From: the human T2T-CHM13v2.0 reference genome, Homo sapiens | DNA length: 64,000 bases | Direction: 5' to 3' (one strand) | Assembly: GCF_009914755.1 (NCBI RefSeq) | Contig: NC_060936.1 | Shown here: positions 1 to 17,052 of the stretch, piece by piece | How the letters are laid out: each line of letters begins with the position of its first letter | How positions within the stretch are numbered: position 1 is the first letter of the stretch | Notes under the pieces: generated by a model | Databases searched by the model: none | Told to the model about the DNA's origin: nothing | What the model saw: only the letters and a program-made list of their open reading frames with translations | Made by a program: the position numbers and the translations under genes

Positions 1-367
1 TCCATGCCAATGCTACATTCGTTTGAATGGTATTTTATAACATCGATTTTAAAAAATTTTAACACTGAATGGATAAACATGTGATAATGGATCCATTCAT
101 GTGGTCCAAATGCTTTGTTTCTCTGTATAGGTCTGATTAGGCAGTCAGGATGTGCATTTCTTTGGAGCTGTTTTAACAGCTGTTTTAAAACCTATCCACT
201 TATTTTCCTGAAGAAGGGAGTCTGTGGTGGGATTAGCTGAGTGAATGTGTTGGTTTATGAGCAGGGATTGAAGCATGAAGAGTGGAGTCAGTTCAGATGA
301 CATTTGTCTTTATGTGACTTCCTTCTCTCTCTCTCTCTTTTAGAACAGTTTATTGAGGTGTAGATAC

Positions 368-771
368 TGCTATGGACTGAATTGTGTCCTCCAGAGTCCG
401 TTTGTTAACGTCTTAGCTTCCAGCATCTCAGGATGTCCATGCACTTAATTGCCTTTAAAAAGGCAAATAAGTTAAAATGAAGCCATTTGGTAGGCCTTAT
501 CCCAGTAAGACTGGTATCCTAATAAAAGGAGGAAAAGAGGAGAATCACACAGAGGGTCACAGCCAGGAATGCAGCACAGAGAAAAGGCCACGTGAGGACA
601 CAGCAAGAAGGCGGCCATCTGCATGCCAAGGAGAGAGGCCTCAGGAGAAACAAAACCTGCTCACACCTTGATCCTGGACTTCCAGCCTCCAGAACCAGAG
701 AAAATACATTTCTATGGTCTAGCCACCTAGTCTGTGCTATTTTGTTATGGCAGCCCAAGCAAACGAATACA
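368..771 (+). mobile_element. MaLR solo LTR (MLT1A-like) inserted in an old minus-strand L1 fragment (~340-1240)
   Basis: TGCTATGGACTGAATTGTGTCC start, typical GACTTCCAGCCTCCAGAAC block, …AATACA end. Confidence 0.75.
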
Positions 772-1457
772 GATTTTTAAAAATTTACCCATTGTAAGCG
801 TACAGTACAATGATGTTTAGTAAATTTATAGAATTGCACAACCATCACCACGATCCAATTTTAGAAAGTTCCATTGAGCTGCCTGGTCTGCAGTCAGTCC
901 ATTCCCACTCCCAGCTCTAGGCAACCACTGATCTGCTCTGTGTCTCCATAGATTTTCCTTTTCTAGAAATTTCATATAGATGGAATCATACAATATATGG
1001 TCTTTCAGGTCTGACTTCTTTTATTTAGCATAGTTTTTTTTCAGGTTCATCCATATTGCAGCTTGTATCAGTCATTTGTTCCTTTTTACTGTCGAAAAGT
1101 ATTTCATTGTGTGAGATAAATTACATTTTTTGTATCCCTCACGAGTTGATGTACATGTGAATTGTTTCCAGTTTGGGGCTACTATGAATTATACCCTAAG
1201 AACATTTGTATATATGTCTTTGTATGAAAATCATTCTCTTTGCAGATTCCATGTTCATTTAGATCAGATTATACATGTTTTTAATTATTTTTAAATGAAT
1301 TTTTAAATTACAAAATATAATCAGAAAGAAATGCCAGCTTCCTGGGAATAGGGATATTGTTTTGTTCACTGTTGTGTTTCCAGTCCCTAAGTGTCTGACT
1401 GAAAAAAAAAACAAAACTGTGGAATAAATGTATGTAACACACCAAATAACTGTATTC

Positions 1458-1735
1458 AGAGTCTCACTCTGTCATCCAAGCTGGAGTGCAGTGGCACTAT
1501 CAGGGCTCACTGCTGCTTAGACCTCCTAGGCTCAAGTGATCCTCTCATTCCAGCTCCCAAGTAGCTGGGACTATAGGCATGCCCCACCATGCCCAGGTAA
1601 TTTTTTGTGTGCATGCAGATGGGGTCTTGCTTTGTTGCCTAGGCTGGGCTGGTCTCAAACACCTGGACTCAAGTGATCCTCCCGCCTCAGCCTCCCAAAG
1701 TGCTGGATTACAAGTATGAGCCACCATCGCCAGCC
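1458..1735 (-). mobile_element. Alu (AluJ-like)
   Basis: Reverse-complement Alu dimer consensus. Confidence 0.85.
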
Positions 1736-1777
1736 CGTAAGTGTGTATTTGCTTGATTTATATAAAAAGTAAATTAG

Positions 1778-2057
1778 CTGGGCATGGAGCTCATGCCTGT
1801 AATCCCAGCACTTTGGGAGGCCAAGGTAGGAGGACAGCTTGAGCCCAGGAGTTCAAGATGAACCTGAGCAGCATGGCAAAACCCATTTCTACAAAAAATT
1901 AGCTGGGCGTGGTGGCACACACCTGTAGTTCCAACTTCCTGGGGTGCTGAGGCCGGAGGATTGCTTGAGCCCTGGAGGTCGAGGCTGCAGGGAGCTGCTA
2001 TTGTGCCACTGTATTTGAGCTGGGGCAACAGAGTGAGATTCTGTCTCAAAAAAAAAA
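1778..2057 (+). mobile_element. Alu (AluJ-like)
   Basis: Alu dimer with A tail. Confidence 0.85.
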
Positions 2058-2705
2058 GTAAATTAATTAAAAATGTAATAAACAGTGCTTCCTGATTTTT
2101 ATGGAGGTTGACTTTGTGTGTGCATTGGAGTTTTGAAGGTGCCATCTCAGGCAATTCACCCCCGAGGAGGGAAACATGGTTCTCAGTGCAGCTGGGAGAG
2201 ACCACAGGGCCAATGAAGGGCCATTTTCAAGTTGAGAGTTATGAGGCTGACTTGCACTGATGGGAATGAACCAGCAGGGAGAGGAGAAAGAGGGTGGTTT
2301 CCATAAGCAAAGTCATTGAGAAGCTCCAAAGAGATGGAGTGTGGAGCAGTGCACTCACCCTGTGGTCCAAGAACCTACAGCATCAGCCTCAACCAGGAGC
2401 TTATCGGAAATGCAAGTCTTGAGGCCCCACACCATACCTACTGATCCTACACCTCACGGGTGGGCCCAGTGCTGTGTTTTAACAAGCTCTCCATGTGACT
2501 CTCACACATGCTAAAGTTTGAATAGCACCGACCATCCTAGGGCACGACTGAAAAGGTGGTCTAGGGCGGATATTCTACTAGCAGGTCCTTGGGAGTTGAC
2601 CAAACTGTCACTTGTCCCTGAACCCAGCTATTGAAAGGACCTAGAGGAACATATTCAAACCACATTCCTGGGTATCCCAACTCAATGAATTCCATGTCTG
2701 CTCAC

Positions 2706-2798
2706 CTGCGTCATTCTTGGGCACAGTCCCCTTATGAACTTTCTTATACAGAATCACACAGAGGGTCACGATCAGAAGGAACAGCAGCACCTGATTAA
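2706..2798 (-). CDS. GLT8D2: GLT8D2 coding exon (93 nt), N-terminal signal anchor of a type II membrane glycosyltransferase family 8 protein
   Basis: On the minus strand: ttctatttcag|TTAATCAG...GACGCAG|gtgag. Joined to the 19 coding nt of the upstream exon it reads MALLRKINQVLLFLLIVTLCVILYKKVHKGTVPKNDA, the GLT8D2 N-terminus as I recall it. Phase 1 at both ends. Confidence 0.95.
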
Positions 2799-2958
2799 CT
2801 GAAATAGAAATGGAAACACATTAACATTGAACCTATGAACCTGAAATCACGTGACAAAGTTTAGAATGGTAGTGCGAGTAGGTGCCTTCCATGACACAGA
2901 GGAGTGGTATCTGAGACCTTTCTATAAGCAGACAGCATATAGAATAAAGAATTAACCT

Positions 2959-3083
2959 GGCCAGGTGTGGTAGCTCATGCCTGTAATCCCAGTACTTTGG
3001 GAGGCCAAGGCAGGTGGATCACCTGAGCTCAGGAGTTTCGAGACCAGCCTGGGCAACAGAGTGGGACCCTGTCTCAACAACAA

Positions 3084-3129
<46 letters not shown>

Positions 3130-3290
3130 TTAGCTGGGCGTGGTGGCATGCACCTGTAGTCTCAGCTACTAAGGAGGCTGAGATAGGAGGATGGCTTGAG
3201 CCTGGGAGGTGGAGGCTGCAGTGAGCCAAAATTACTCCAGCCTGGGTGACAGAGCCAGACCCTGTCTCAAATACAAAAACAAACAAACAG
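2959..3290 (+). mobile_element. Alu with (CA)n expanded in the central linker
   Basis: TSD AAAGAATTAACCT at 2946-2958 and 3291-3303; about 20 CA units at ~3088-3127. Confidence 0.9.
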
Positions 3291-3410
3291 AAAGAATTAA
3301 CCTGGAACACTATTGTTGCTCAGGGGTCTTGCATCTTTACTGAATTTGTATATCAGTTCTAATAGTTTTTTGCTGGAGTCTTTAGAATTTTCCAAATATA
3401 AGATTATATT

Positions 3411-3869
<459 letters not shown>

Positions 3870-4032
3870 TCAGTTTTTCCCCATTTAGTATGATACTAGC
3901 TGTGGGTCTGCCGTATGTGGCTTTTATTTTGTTGAATTTATGTGATTCTTCTTATGAGCCAGTAGTAATTATAAATACATGTTCTTAGCCATTATGACAC
4001 AGCTGCTTTTCAGTTAATTCAACCCTTGGTCA

Positions 4033-4322
<290 letters not shown>

Positions 4323-4339
4323 AAAAAAGAAAGAAGGAG

Positions 4340-4370
<31 letters not shown>

Positions 4371-4396
4371 AAGAAAAGAAAGAAAGAAAGGGAGAG

Positions 4397-4467
<71 letters not shown>

Positions 4468-4518
4468 AGGAAGGAAGGAAGGAAGGAAGGAAGGAAGGAA
4501 AGAAAGAAAGAGAAAGAA

Positions 4519-4578
<60 letters not shown>

Positions 4579-4618
4579 AAAATAAAGAGAGAAAGAAAGA
4601 AAGGAAGAAAGAAAGAAA
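4323..4618. repeat. Compound (GAAA)n/(GAAG)n polypurine STR
   Basis: About 295 nt of almost pure purine tetranucleotide repeats. Confidence 0.97.
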
Positions 4619-5011
4619 TTCTTGCCCTGGTAAACAGAAGACCTCAATGCCTCCAAGCCTCCAGCTCTGTTTGTTCCAGTGATGTTGGCCCTTGAGATCT
4701 GTTGAGAAGTAGAGTGGTGTAAAACAGTGTTTTCTTGAGTATGGAACATATAGCACTGGTTGTGCATGAAATGACTGAGGAAGTTCATGTTCATAGCATT
4801 AATATTTAATCAGCATATGAGAAAGTCAATCTTTCTGATTTTATGTGCAGGAACACAACAAAAGCTACCCAGAGTTGAATCACATTCTCCTAATTGTATA
4901 TGTGTTTAAAGCTACCTTTTTTTTTTAATGATAGGAAATCATTCTGTTTTCATTTGCAGTAAGGATAAAAACTTTCTATTATGAAGTACACTTATAAATT
5001 TTTAAAATTAG

Positions 5012-5360
<349 letters not shown>

Positions 5361-5666
5361 TGATGAAAAATTGAGAAGATGGCATGTTGGCATGTGTAGT
5401 GCACACCTACCTAAAGTTTGGGAAAAGTTGGTAGAAGGGAAGAGGGTGTGAATTTGAAGTCAGACTCAAATCTCTTTTCTACCACCTCCTAGCTGTATGG
5501 CCGAGGGGTATCTTAACCTCTCTGAGCTTGGTGTGCTTATCTGCTGAATGAAGATTGTAATAATAAGCATTACCTCGCACTACTGTTTTGAGAGTTAACC
5601 AAGGCAATGCAGGCCCAATAAAGACTTTACAAATGGTTATGCATCATTGTTATTATTATTTTATCT

Positions 5667-5966
<300 letters not shown>

Positions 5967-6286
5967 TGTATTATTTTTTATTATTTTTATGCATCAAGAG
6001 ACTTAATCTATTGACTTCATATGCATCTATTTTTTGGCCTCTATGCCTTTGTCTTCCCATTTGTAAAAGAGTCTTCGTGGATGCCCTCCAAAGCTACATC
6101 CTGAGGCTGTGATTCTATTTTGCTGACACCCAGTTCCTCCCTGCCTTAATGGATTATCAGATTCAGCCAGGGACAATCAGATACTAGACTCCATTTAAAA
6201 CAAAACTACAGAGAAGCAGAAAATGGACAGAAAATGGACAAAATTCTACAGTTTATCAACAGGCCCGATTAATATTCACCTGCCAC

Positions 6287-6430
6287 GGCCGGGCGCAGTG
6301 CCTCACACCTGTAATCCCAGCACTTTGGGAGGCTGAGGCGGGTGGATCACTTGAGGTCAGGAGTTCAAGACTAGCCTGGCTAACATGGTGAAAACCCATC
6401 TCTACTAAAAATACAAAAATTACCCAGGCA
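6287..6430 (+). mobile_element. Alu left arm only, joined to half a MER53-like element (6431-6552)
   Basis: The Alu stops just after the A-rich linker; the sequence continues AAGTATGTCTCATGCAATATTTGGGACATACTT…CTGGCAACTCTA. Confidence 0.7.
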
Positions 6431-6706
6431 AGTATGTCTCATGCAATATTTGGGACATACTTATACTAAAAAATTATTTGTTGTTTATCTGAAGTTCAAA
6501 TTTAACTGGTTGTCCTGTTCTGAGTCTTTGTTTGCTGAATCTGGCAACTCTACCCTGAGGGTCACAGAATTAGGTTACTATGTTTCTCCTCAAATTCACA
6601 AACTACTGGATCTAAAATCAGAGGCAAATCCAGGTTCTGATGGGTATGAAGATTCGAGATGACTCTTTAAGACTAAGAACGCAAAATTACAAATTACAAA
6701 TGCTAA

Positions 6707-7216
<510 letters not shown>

Positions 7217-7324
7217 TGAAAATCAAACACAATCCAAGAAAGAAGAAAAGAGCCAAGCCCCAGCCTCAAAACCATCCTCCCAAATATGTTTTTAAATCAT
7301 TATTTTCAAAAGTTGAAATCTTAC

Positions 7325-7343
7325 TTTTTCGTAACAGAGCCAT
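7325..7343 (-). CDS. GLT8D2: GLT8D2 first coding segment (ATG at 7343-7341) within a 47-nt exon 7325-7371
   Basis: Minus strand: ttttttttcctttaatccacag|GTTACAG...ACAC ATG GCT CTG TTA CGA AAA A|gtaag, giving MALLRK plus 1 nt, in phase with exon 2706-2798. Confidence 0.93.
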
Positions 7344-7566
7344 GTGTATTCACGCGGATAAGAACTGTAACCTGTGGATTAAAGGAAAAAAAATCTGTTT
7401 AAAGGAGAATCAACTTAAAACTCATCAACAAGTGTTAAGGACTATGCCTTCCCTGAAAGACTGATATATCGTGAAGTGTGTGATCATTTTTTACTGCTCC
7501 AAATCTAAAATTTTGGAAACAAAATAAATACTAGCCCATGTCTTCAAAAGCAATGCCTCTGGTTGA

Positions 7567-7938
<372 letters not shown>

Positions 7939-9051
7939 TAAAAAGAGCTCTGTCAGCCTTCTGGGTCAGCAGAGCAGATGGCAGAAACTGGAAGTATCAC
8001 ACTAGATCTCCCTGATCTAAAATATCAACCCTATGCCATCTTTCTACTATCATAACTTCGTTCCTCGATAAGGCAGATTTTACATCTTCAAGAATCCCTT
8101 GGAGGGGCATGCATTATACTCAATTCAATCATTCATTCAGTATTTACATATTGAGATCCTACTAAAAGCCCAGCACTGTGCCACTTCCCAGTGATGCACC
8201 GAAAAACAAAACAGTACTGGTCCCTATCCTCCTGAAGCTTTTGGTCCAGTGGGGGAAACAGATATTAAAATGTGACACATAAAAGTATTAGATTATGGTA
8301 AGTGCTATGAAGGAAGCAAAGGAGATGTTGGGATAAAGACGAACAAGGGTAGGGAGTGCATCAGGAGGAGAAATCAGGAAAAACTTCATTGAGGAGATGG
8401 CATTGGAGGGAAAGAAGAGCAAGAGCCAGTCAAGGGCAGAACATGCAGAGGAGCATCCCAGGCAGAGGGAACAGCAAGTGCAAAGGCCCTGGGGCTGGAA
8501 AGAGCTCTAAGTATTCTAGGAACTGCAAGAAACTCAAACTGGCTGGATCATAGTGGACCAAAGGAGAGACTGGATGGAAGAGGTCAGAGAGGTACCAAGG
8601 GGCCGGATACTACTGTGCCTGAAGAGGAGTTTGGATTTTATTTTAAGTGCATTAAACCCCCTCCATCAGTGTTTAACTTTGTTAAAGCCCTAAAGCACTG
8701 TTTTTCAAACATTCCCAAGGGAATTCTGATGGTAAAGGAGAGTGAATACTCAACATTGCTCACAATGAGCTCAAAGTATCTTTCATGTTTTTTGTTTTAC
8801 CTTCAAATTCATGGGAACTGTGCAAGAATGTAGTGGAAAGGAATCACTCCTTTAACTGCTGGCAGAGTTCCCCCCTCAGGGAGAAAGCTATCTGTTATGA
8901 AAGCAAGGTCTTCTGTGCCTAGGTGGGATGGCTAGGTGAGAGCAGGGAAAAGCTAACCTGGTCTGAATAAGGGATGAACCGAATCCTAAGGTTCGGCCAC
9001 AGCCCAAGAAAAAATGTTATTAGAGGAAAAGGAAAAGTCCAAGTCACTTAC

Positions 9052-9186
9052 CCTGGAGAACTTCCTTTCCTATGGCAGGCCCAGGGACTATTCAAGAACA
9101 GATGTCCAATACTCAGCTCACAATCTTCTTCCACGCTCTGCACCTTCTAACCTCAGCCCACCTCCACGCTGCTCTTCCCACAGGAC
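9052..9186 (-). other. GLT8D2: GLT8D2 5'UTR exon (135 nt)
   Basis: Unique sequence bounded on the minus strand by ctttag|GTCCTG and CCAGG|gtaagt (consensus donor). No ATG inside. Confidence 0.75.
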
Positions 9187-9211
9187 CTAAAGTGACATTT
9201 TAAGTGTTTTA

Positions 9212-9480
9212 CTGGGCGTGGTGGCTCACTTTTGGAGGCCGAGGTGGGCAGATGCTTGAGCCCAGGAGTTGGAGACAAGCCTGGGCAACATTATAAGACC
9301 CCCCCTGCAACAATCTCTACAAAAAAATACAAAAATTAGCAGGCATCATGGTGCATGCCTGTAGTCCCAGCTACTCGGGAGGTTGAGGAAGGAGGATCAC
9401 TTGAGCCCAGGAGGTTGAGGCTGCAGTGAGCCATGGCTGCTGCACTCCAGCTGGGAGACAGAGCAAAACCCTGTTTTAAA
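9212..9480 (+). mobile_element. Alu (AluJ-like) whose tail hosts the GAA repeat
   Basis: Alu consensus with small deletions. Confidence 0.85.
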
Positions 9481-9558
9481 AAAGAAAAAGAAAGAAGACA
9501 GAGAAGAAAGAAAAGAAAAGAAAGAGAGAAAGGAAGGAAGGAGAAGGAGAAGAAGAAA

Positions 9559-9624
9559 GAAGAAGAAGAAGAAGAAGAAGAAGAAGAAGAAGAAGAAGAA
9601 GAAGAAGAAGAAGAAGAAGAAGAA

Positions 9625-9656
<32 letters not shown>

Positions 9657-9732
9657 AGAGGAAGAGGAAGAGGAAGAAGAAGAAGAAGAAGAAGAAGAAG
9701 AAGAAGAAGAAGAAGAAGAAGAAGAAGAAGAA
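9559..9732. repeat. (GAA)29, a GAG-interrupted block, then (GAA)20, within a ~320-nt purine tract (9478-9799)
   Basis: Direct reading: 58 consecutive GAR triplets. Confidence 0.97.
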
Positions 9733-10425
9733 GGGAAAGAAAGAAAGAAAGAAAAAAAAAGAAAGAAAGAAAGAAGAAAAGAAAAGAAAAAAAGAAAAAC
9801 TGCTCCTTTCAGAAGAGCTGCCATATTTGTCGTGTGTCTTTTTGTAGCCCCAAGTCACAGCAATAATATTCCAGGGGATGGTCACTGTGGGATGAGAAAG
9901 TTTATCTCATCCCACAGTAGGATGTTTATCTGGTCCCAGATAAATATCAGGAGAGGGCAGGCTTTCAGAGTGACTGCAAGGAGAAGGGAACACAAATGGA
10001 AAGAAAGAGATCCCTGGAAGAAAGGCTGGAGGACTGTCAGGGACAGATTTGCGATGAGATATGCCTGTTTCACATTGTTATACACGATTAAAGTAATTAA
10101 AATACACACCTCTACCCAACTTCAAGTAACCCAATATTAAAAGGCCTTTTTGTCTCTGTGTTGAAGATTACAGAAAATATAGAGGTCAGCTGGTAGAAAA
10201 AGGGAGATTTTTTTCAGTTGATAGTCTTACAGGACTTATATTGAACATATTTAATAACTCATATGGCCCTTGGCACTGATCAATCAAAATGGGTACCAGC
10301 TATAAATGGCTGGCACAGCCCCACACGAGTGTTCTGACTAATAAATAGCAGCTTTGGCATCTACAGAATGTCAAATCATACTAATGTATTATCTATTCAT
10401 ATATATAAGTAAGCACAGGAGATTC

Positions 10426-10480
10426 TACACACACACACACACACACATGCACACACACACACACATGCACACACACACAC
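10426..10480. repeat. Interrupted (CA)n microsatellite
   Basis: CA runs punctuated by CATG. Confidence 0.9.
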
Positions 10481-10819
10481 GATGCATTATATTTTGCTAA
10501 GCAGCAAGAACTATAACTGTCACATCATCAACCATTCTCATGTTCTATCAGGCCAACTTTTTACATAAAGTCCTTTGCATAAGAAAAATGCAGGGCAAAT
10601 TCTAAGAGGCATATTAACTAGATGTATTCCAAGAACAACTTCTTTTAACAAAAGAGACCAGCTGCTGCTTCAGAGCATAAAGAATTGGCCCATGAGAACT
10701 ATTTTTCTGCCAAGGTATTTGATACATGTTGACAAGCAAATTTTTTTCCAGTCTTCTGGATTTACACGTATTTCCTACTGTGAGTTTCTTTCTTGATGTT
10801 CTTAAAAATTGCTATGCAT

Positions 10820-10984
10820 CAGGGGGAGGGAGAGCATCAGGATAAATAGCTAATGCACGTGGGGCTTAATACCTAGGTGATGGGTTGATAGATGCAGCAA
10901 ACCACCATGGCACACACTTAACTATGTAACAAACCTGCACATTCTGCACATGTATCCCAAAACTTAAAATAAAATAAAATTTTA
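10820..10984 (+). mobile_element. Severely 5'-truncated L1PA (3'UTR only, ~165 bp)
   Basis: GGGGGAGGGAGAGCATCAGG…AACTTAAAATAAAATAAAA; perfect 16-bp TSD AAAAATTGCTATGCAT at 10804-10819 and 10985-11000. Confidence 0.9.
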
Positions 10985-11209
10985 AAAAATTGCTATGCAT
11001 ACTATTTTTTTTTTATTAGGTAGTATTTTCTAAATTCTTTAGACTGCATTGAAGAATCAGAAAGAGTGCTTCACCCAGGGGAACACAAATGGTTCTGTAT
11101 AATAAACATTCAGTATGTCTGTTTTCATTTTAAATAGGCTTCTTTTCCATGACACATTTACTAAAGGAATATTACCATGTCAGCTTCAAAATTTGACAAG
11201 CTGATTTTT

Positions 11210-13430
<2,221 letters not shown>

Positions 13431-13673
13431 TTCCTTCTGTGGAACTGATTTTTTTCTTTAATATTTTGTTCCAATTTCAGGGTATTCAAAGGGGACTTCA
13501 AATCTGGCAAGGAGTTTGAACCTAGAGGATGACATGTGTCCCAAAGAAGGGAGCAAGTGATCCACACAGGTTTTTTATTATCTCCTATACTTTCTACAGG
13601 AAGAATTACAGATATGATTAGTCATCAGTGACTAAAAAGTGAGCTACATCATCAAATAAAGATTCAATAATGT

Positions 13674-13973
13674 GGCCAGGTATGGTGGCTCACAACTGTA
13701 ATTCCAGCACTTTGGGAGGCTGAGGCTGGCGGATCACTTCAGGCCAGGAATGCAAGACCAGCCTGGACAATATGGTGAAACCCCATCTCTACTAAAAATT
13801 CAAAAATTGGCTGGACGTGGTGGGCCACACCTGTAATCTCAGCTACTCGGGAGGCTGAGGCACAAGAATCACTTGAACCTGCGAGAAGGGGGTTGCAGTG
13901 AGCCGAGATCACACCACTGCCCTCCAGCTTGGGCGACAGAGCAAGACTCTGTCTCAAAAAAAAAAAAAAAAAA
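13674..13973 (+). mobile_element. Alu
   Basis: Alu consensus; TSD-like ATTCAATAATGT on both sides. Confidence 0.9.
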
Positions 13974-16686
13974 TTCAATAATGTTCTCAGAGTACTATCA
14001 GGACCAAGCAGGCAAGAAAAGGGTTGATCTACCATGAAAAACTTTCAACCAAACATTTCCCCAAATTCTAATTCGATCTTTGCTTTATATTCTGGAGTAT
14101 TTTATTTGTGCTCTGAAATCAAGAAGGCTAAGACACCCTCCCTCTATTCTCGAAATATACCTGTTAAGACTTTGTTTCCCGGTTTTCCCAATTTACAATG
14201 TATCTATCTATATGCTTAATACAATACCTTGGATATTCATTAGGAGAAGTGGTAGGCATTAAGCAAAGCATAGGATAGGACAGGTTTGATGAAAAAATAA
14301 AATTTAACCATTAGATAAGGATTTTAGATGACAACATTCATTTTACTGTAAAATCTAAAGTTAAATATTGTCACATTTTTATGGTCATTCACTTGTTTGT
14401 GACATTTTGCCAATTACCCCAGGAGTTGGCAACTGACTTCCTCTATCTCACACAAAAAAAGTTAATTTGCCATGAAAAACAATTTGTCTTGAAAACTCAA
14501 AGTTTGTTTTAAAATTAAGTTGATCCTTCTTAACTATGGTCTTTAAAAGGAACTTCTGAACTTGACATTTGACGGGAGGCTGCAGACTGCAAACCAGGAA
14601 TAATAACCTTTAGAAACTAACAACATGACAGAGATAGCCCGAGGAGGTAATTGAGAAAGGAAGGATATCATAGGTCCCCACAGTTTCATGAACCAAAGTG
14701 TTATGAGAATTTGCTGGCAGTCATCTAGGAAAACTCTTCAACAGAGATTTGATTCAACTCTTTAATTCACTGTAAACAACCAGCTACAATGTTCCTTTTA
14801 TTTTCCTGGGCTATAGACTGAACACCCAAGAGCTTTGAGTGCATGGCAATGACCCTTCTCCTCTTCCCCTTTTGCACCTGGAAAAGAAATGGGTCAAAAC
14901 AGCACACTACTTAGGATTTTTCTGAGATAGGGTTTCAGGTACCTTTTATCCATTTAGGATTTTAGGTGATATGTATGCATCTAACTTTCGGGGATGATGG
15001 AAGCCTAGAATGGTCTTTGGCCATGTGGCTCCTCCTCCCACTCCATGAAAGAAGCCATCTGGTATCACAGGAGAGAACGGGGCAAAGACCAGAAGGAAGC
15101 TGAGCTCTAAGTCCCTCAGGCCATCCACTTCCTGGACATCCTAGTTATGAAAACCAGTAACTTCACAATTTTTCCTTAAACTGTTTTGAAATGAGGTTCA
15201 GTTTCTTACAAACAAAAGTCTTTACAAATAAATTTGCTGTGGCCAGAATGGTGTGTGAATATGGGGAGCAGTTTGTAGGGGTCAGATAATAATCATAGCT
15301 ATCATTTATTGCGAATTTAATTTGCACGCAGCTCCAGGCTATTTAGGTACATTATCTCCTTTAATTCTAACACCTTTCAAGTGGATGTATTACTATCTCC
15401 ATTTTTCAAATGAGGACATTGTGGCTCGGAGAGGTTCAGTAACTTGCTCAAAATCATAAATCTTGTAAATGATGGGGCTGGGATTAAAAATTAGAGCTCT
15501 CTGACTTCAAAGCCCTTAACCACAAAGTGCTGAGCTCTCAAAGGGCCCTTGCGGCTACACCAGAGGTTAGGAGAATTGGGGTCCAGATAACAGATTTCAC
15601 CGTGTGTTGATGAAGCTTTACAGCTCACAGGCAATGCTGGTCAGCTCTTTCCTGAGTGCTCGGTTACTGTAACTATGAGACCACTCCAGAGGCAGAGGAA
15701 TAGTAAATGCTGATTCATCTGAACAGGGGGTTCATCTTTCCCCGTCCAGTGTGTTGCCAACTCTGAAATCTCTTTAAGATGAAACAAGAAGCTTTAGGAT
15801 GCAGATAATCGCATGCCAATTGCAAGGCACAGCAGTAATGAGCCAAGAAGGTAAGTTCCCGAAGCTGATTATTGTAGGAAACCTTAAGCCATATGGCAGG
15901 AGTGGTGTCCTTGAGAAGCATGCAGTTTCAACAGAAAGTTTGCTTTAAAAAATGATGTGTGTGTGTGCATGTGCGTGTGTGTGTGTGTATAATTGCATAA
16001 AGATTTGGCATGCCTGAATTTCATCCTATCCTTCCTTTTTACAATTTCATCTCATCTCTGATGGTGGCACTTCCTGGGTTTCAAAAAACAAAAAAATCCC
16101 AAGTGGACAAGACACAGTTTCTGACTGAGGGCACTAAAGTCAAGTGGAAAATCATGTGGAAATCCTTTTCCAGTACAATTAGTGTATTAAACTGTGGGCC
16201 TTGGAGTCAGACCACCTGGGTTCAAATCCTAGCTGCACAATGTATAAGAACCATATAAGAACCCCTTCCCTTGGAAACTTAAGATTCCTCACTTATAAAA
16301 TGTCTGTAATACCATTTTACAATCAACATGTTAATAAGTAATTCAGGCAAAAAACCTCAATGAATGCTAAAGTGATAGGGGGTAAAATGTTGTTGGGGTA
16401 CAGAAAATTCACATTCTCAAAGTAATCACACTTAAGATCAACAAAATGAAACAAATTGAAATCCTGTGCCTTGAGGTGTGACAAATATCAATATGTTCCT
16501 GCCAGTGATATTTAACCTGATTCTATCATGGATAACGTCATGGTCAAATCCAAATCATGGATCATTCTGAAGACGAACTGCCCTGGTCTCTTCAAATATG
16601 TCAATATCATGAAAGGAAAAAAAAAAACCACGTTGGGAACTCTATAAGCTTGATAATGTAACAATGAAATGGAAAGTGTGAACCTT

Positions 16687-17052
<366 letters not shown>

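Noticed and set aside
9336-10140. Poly-E, poly-S and poly-F ORFs up to 235 aa
   Set aside because: Translations of the GAA repeat.
15845-15857. Perfect plus-strand donor AAG|GTAAGT in unique sequence
   Set aside because: No convincing paired acceptor or ORF; isolated consensus donors are expected by chance.
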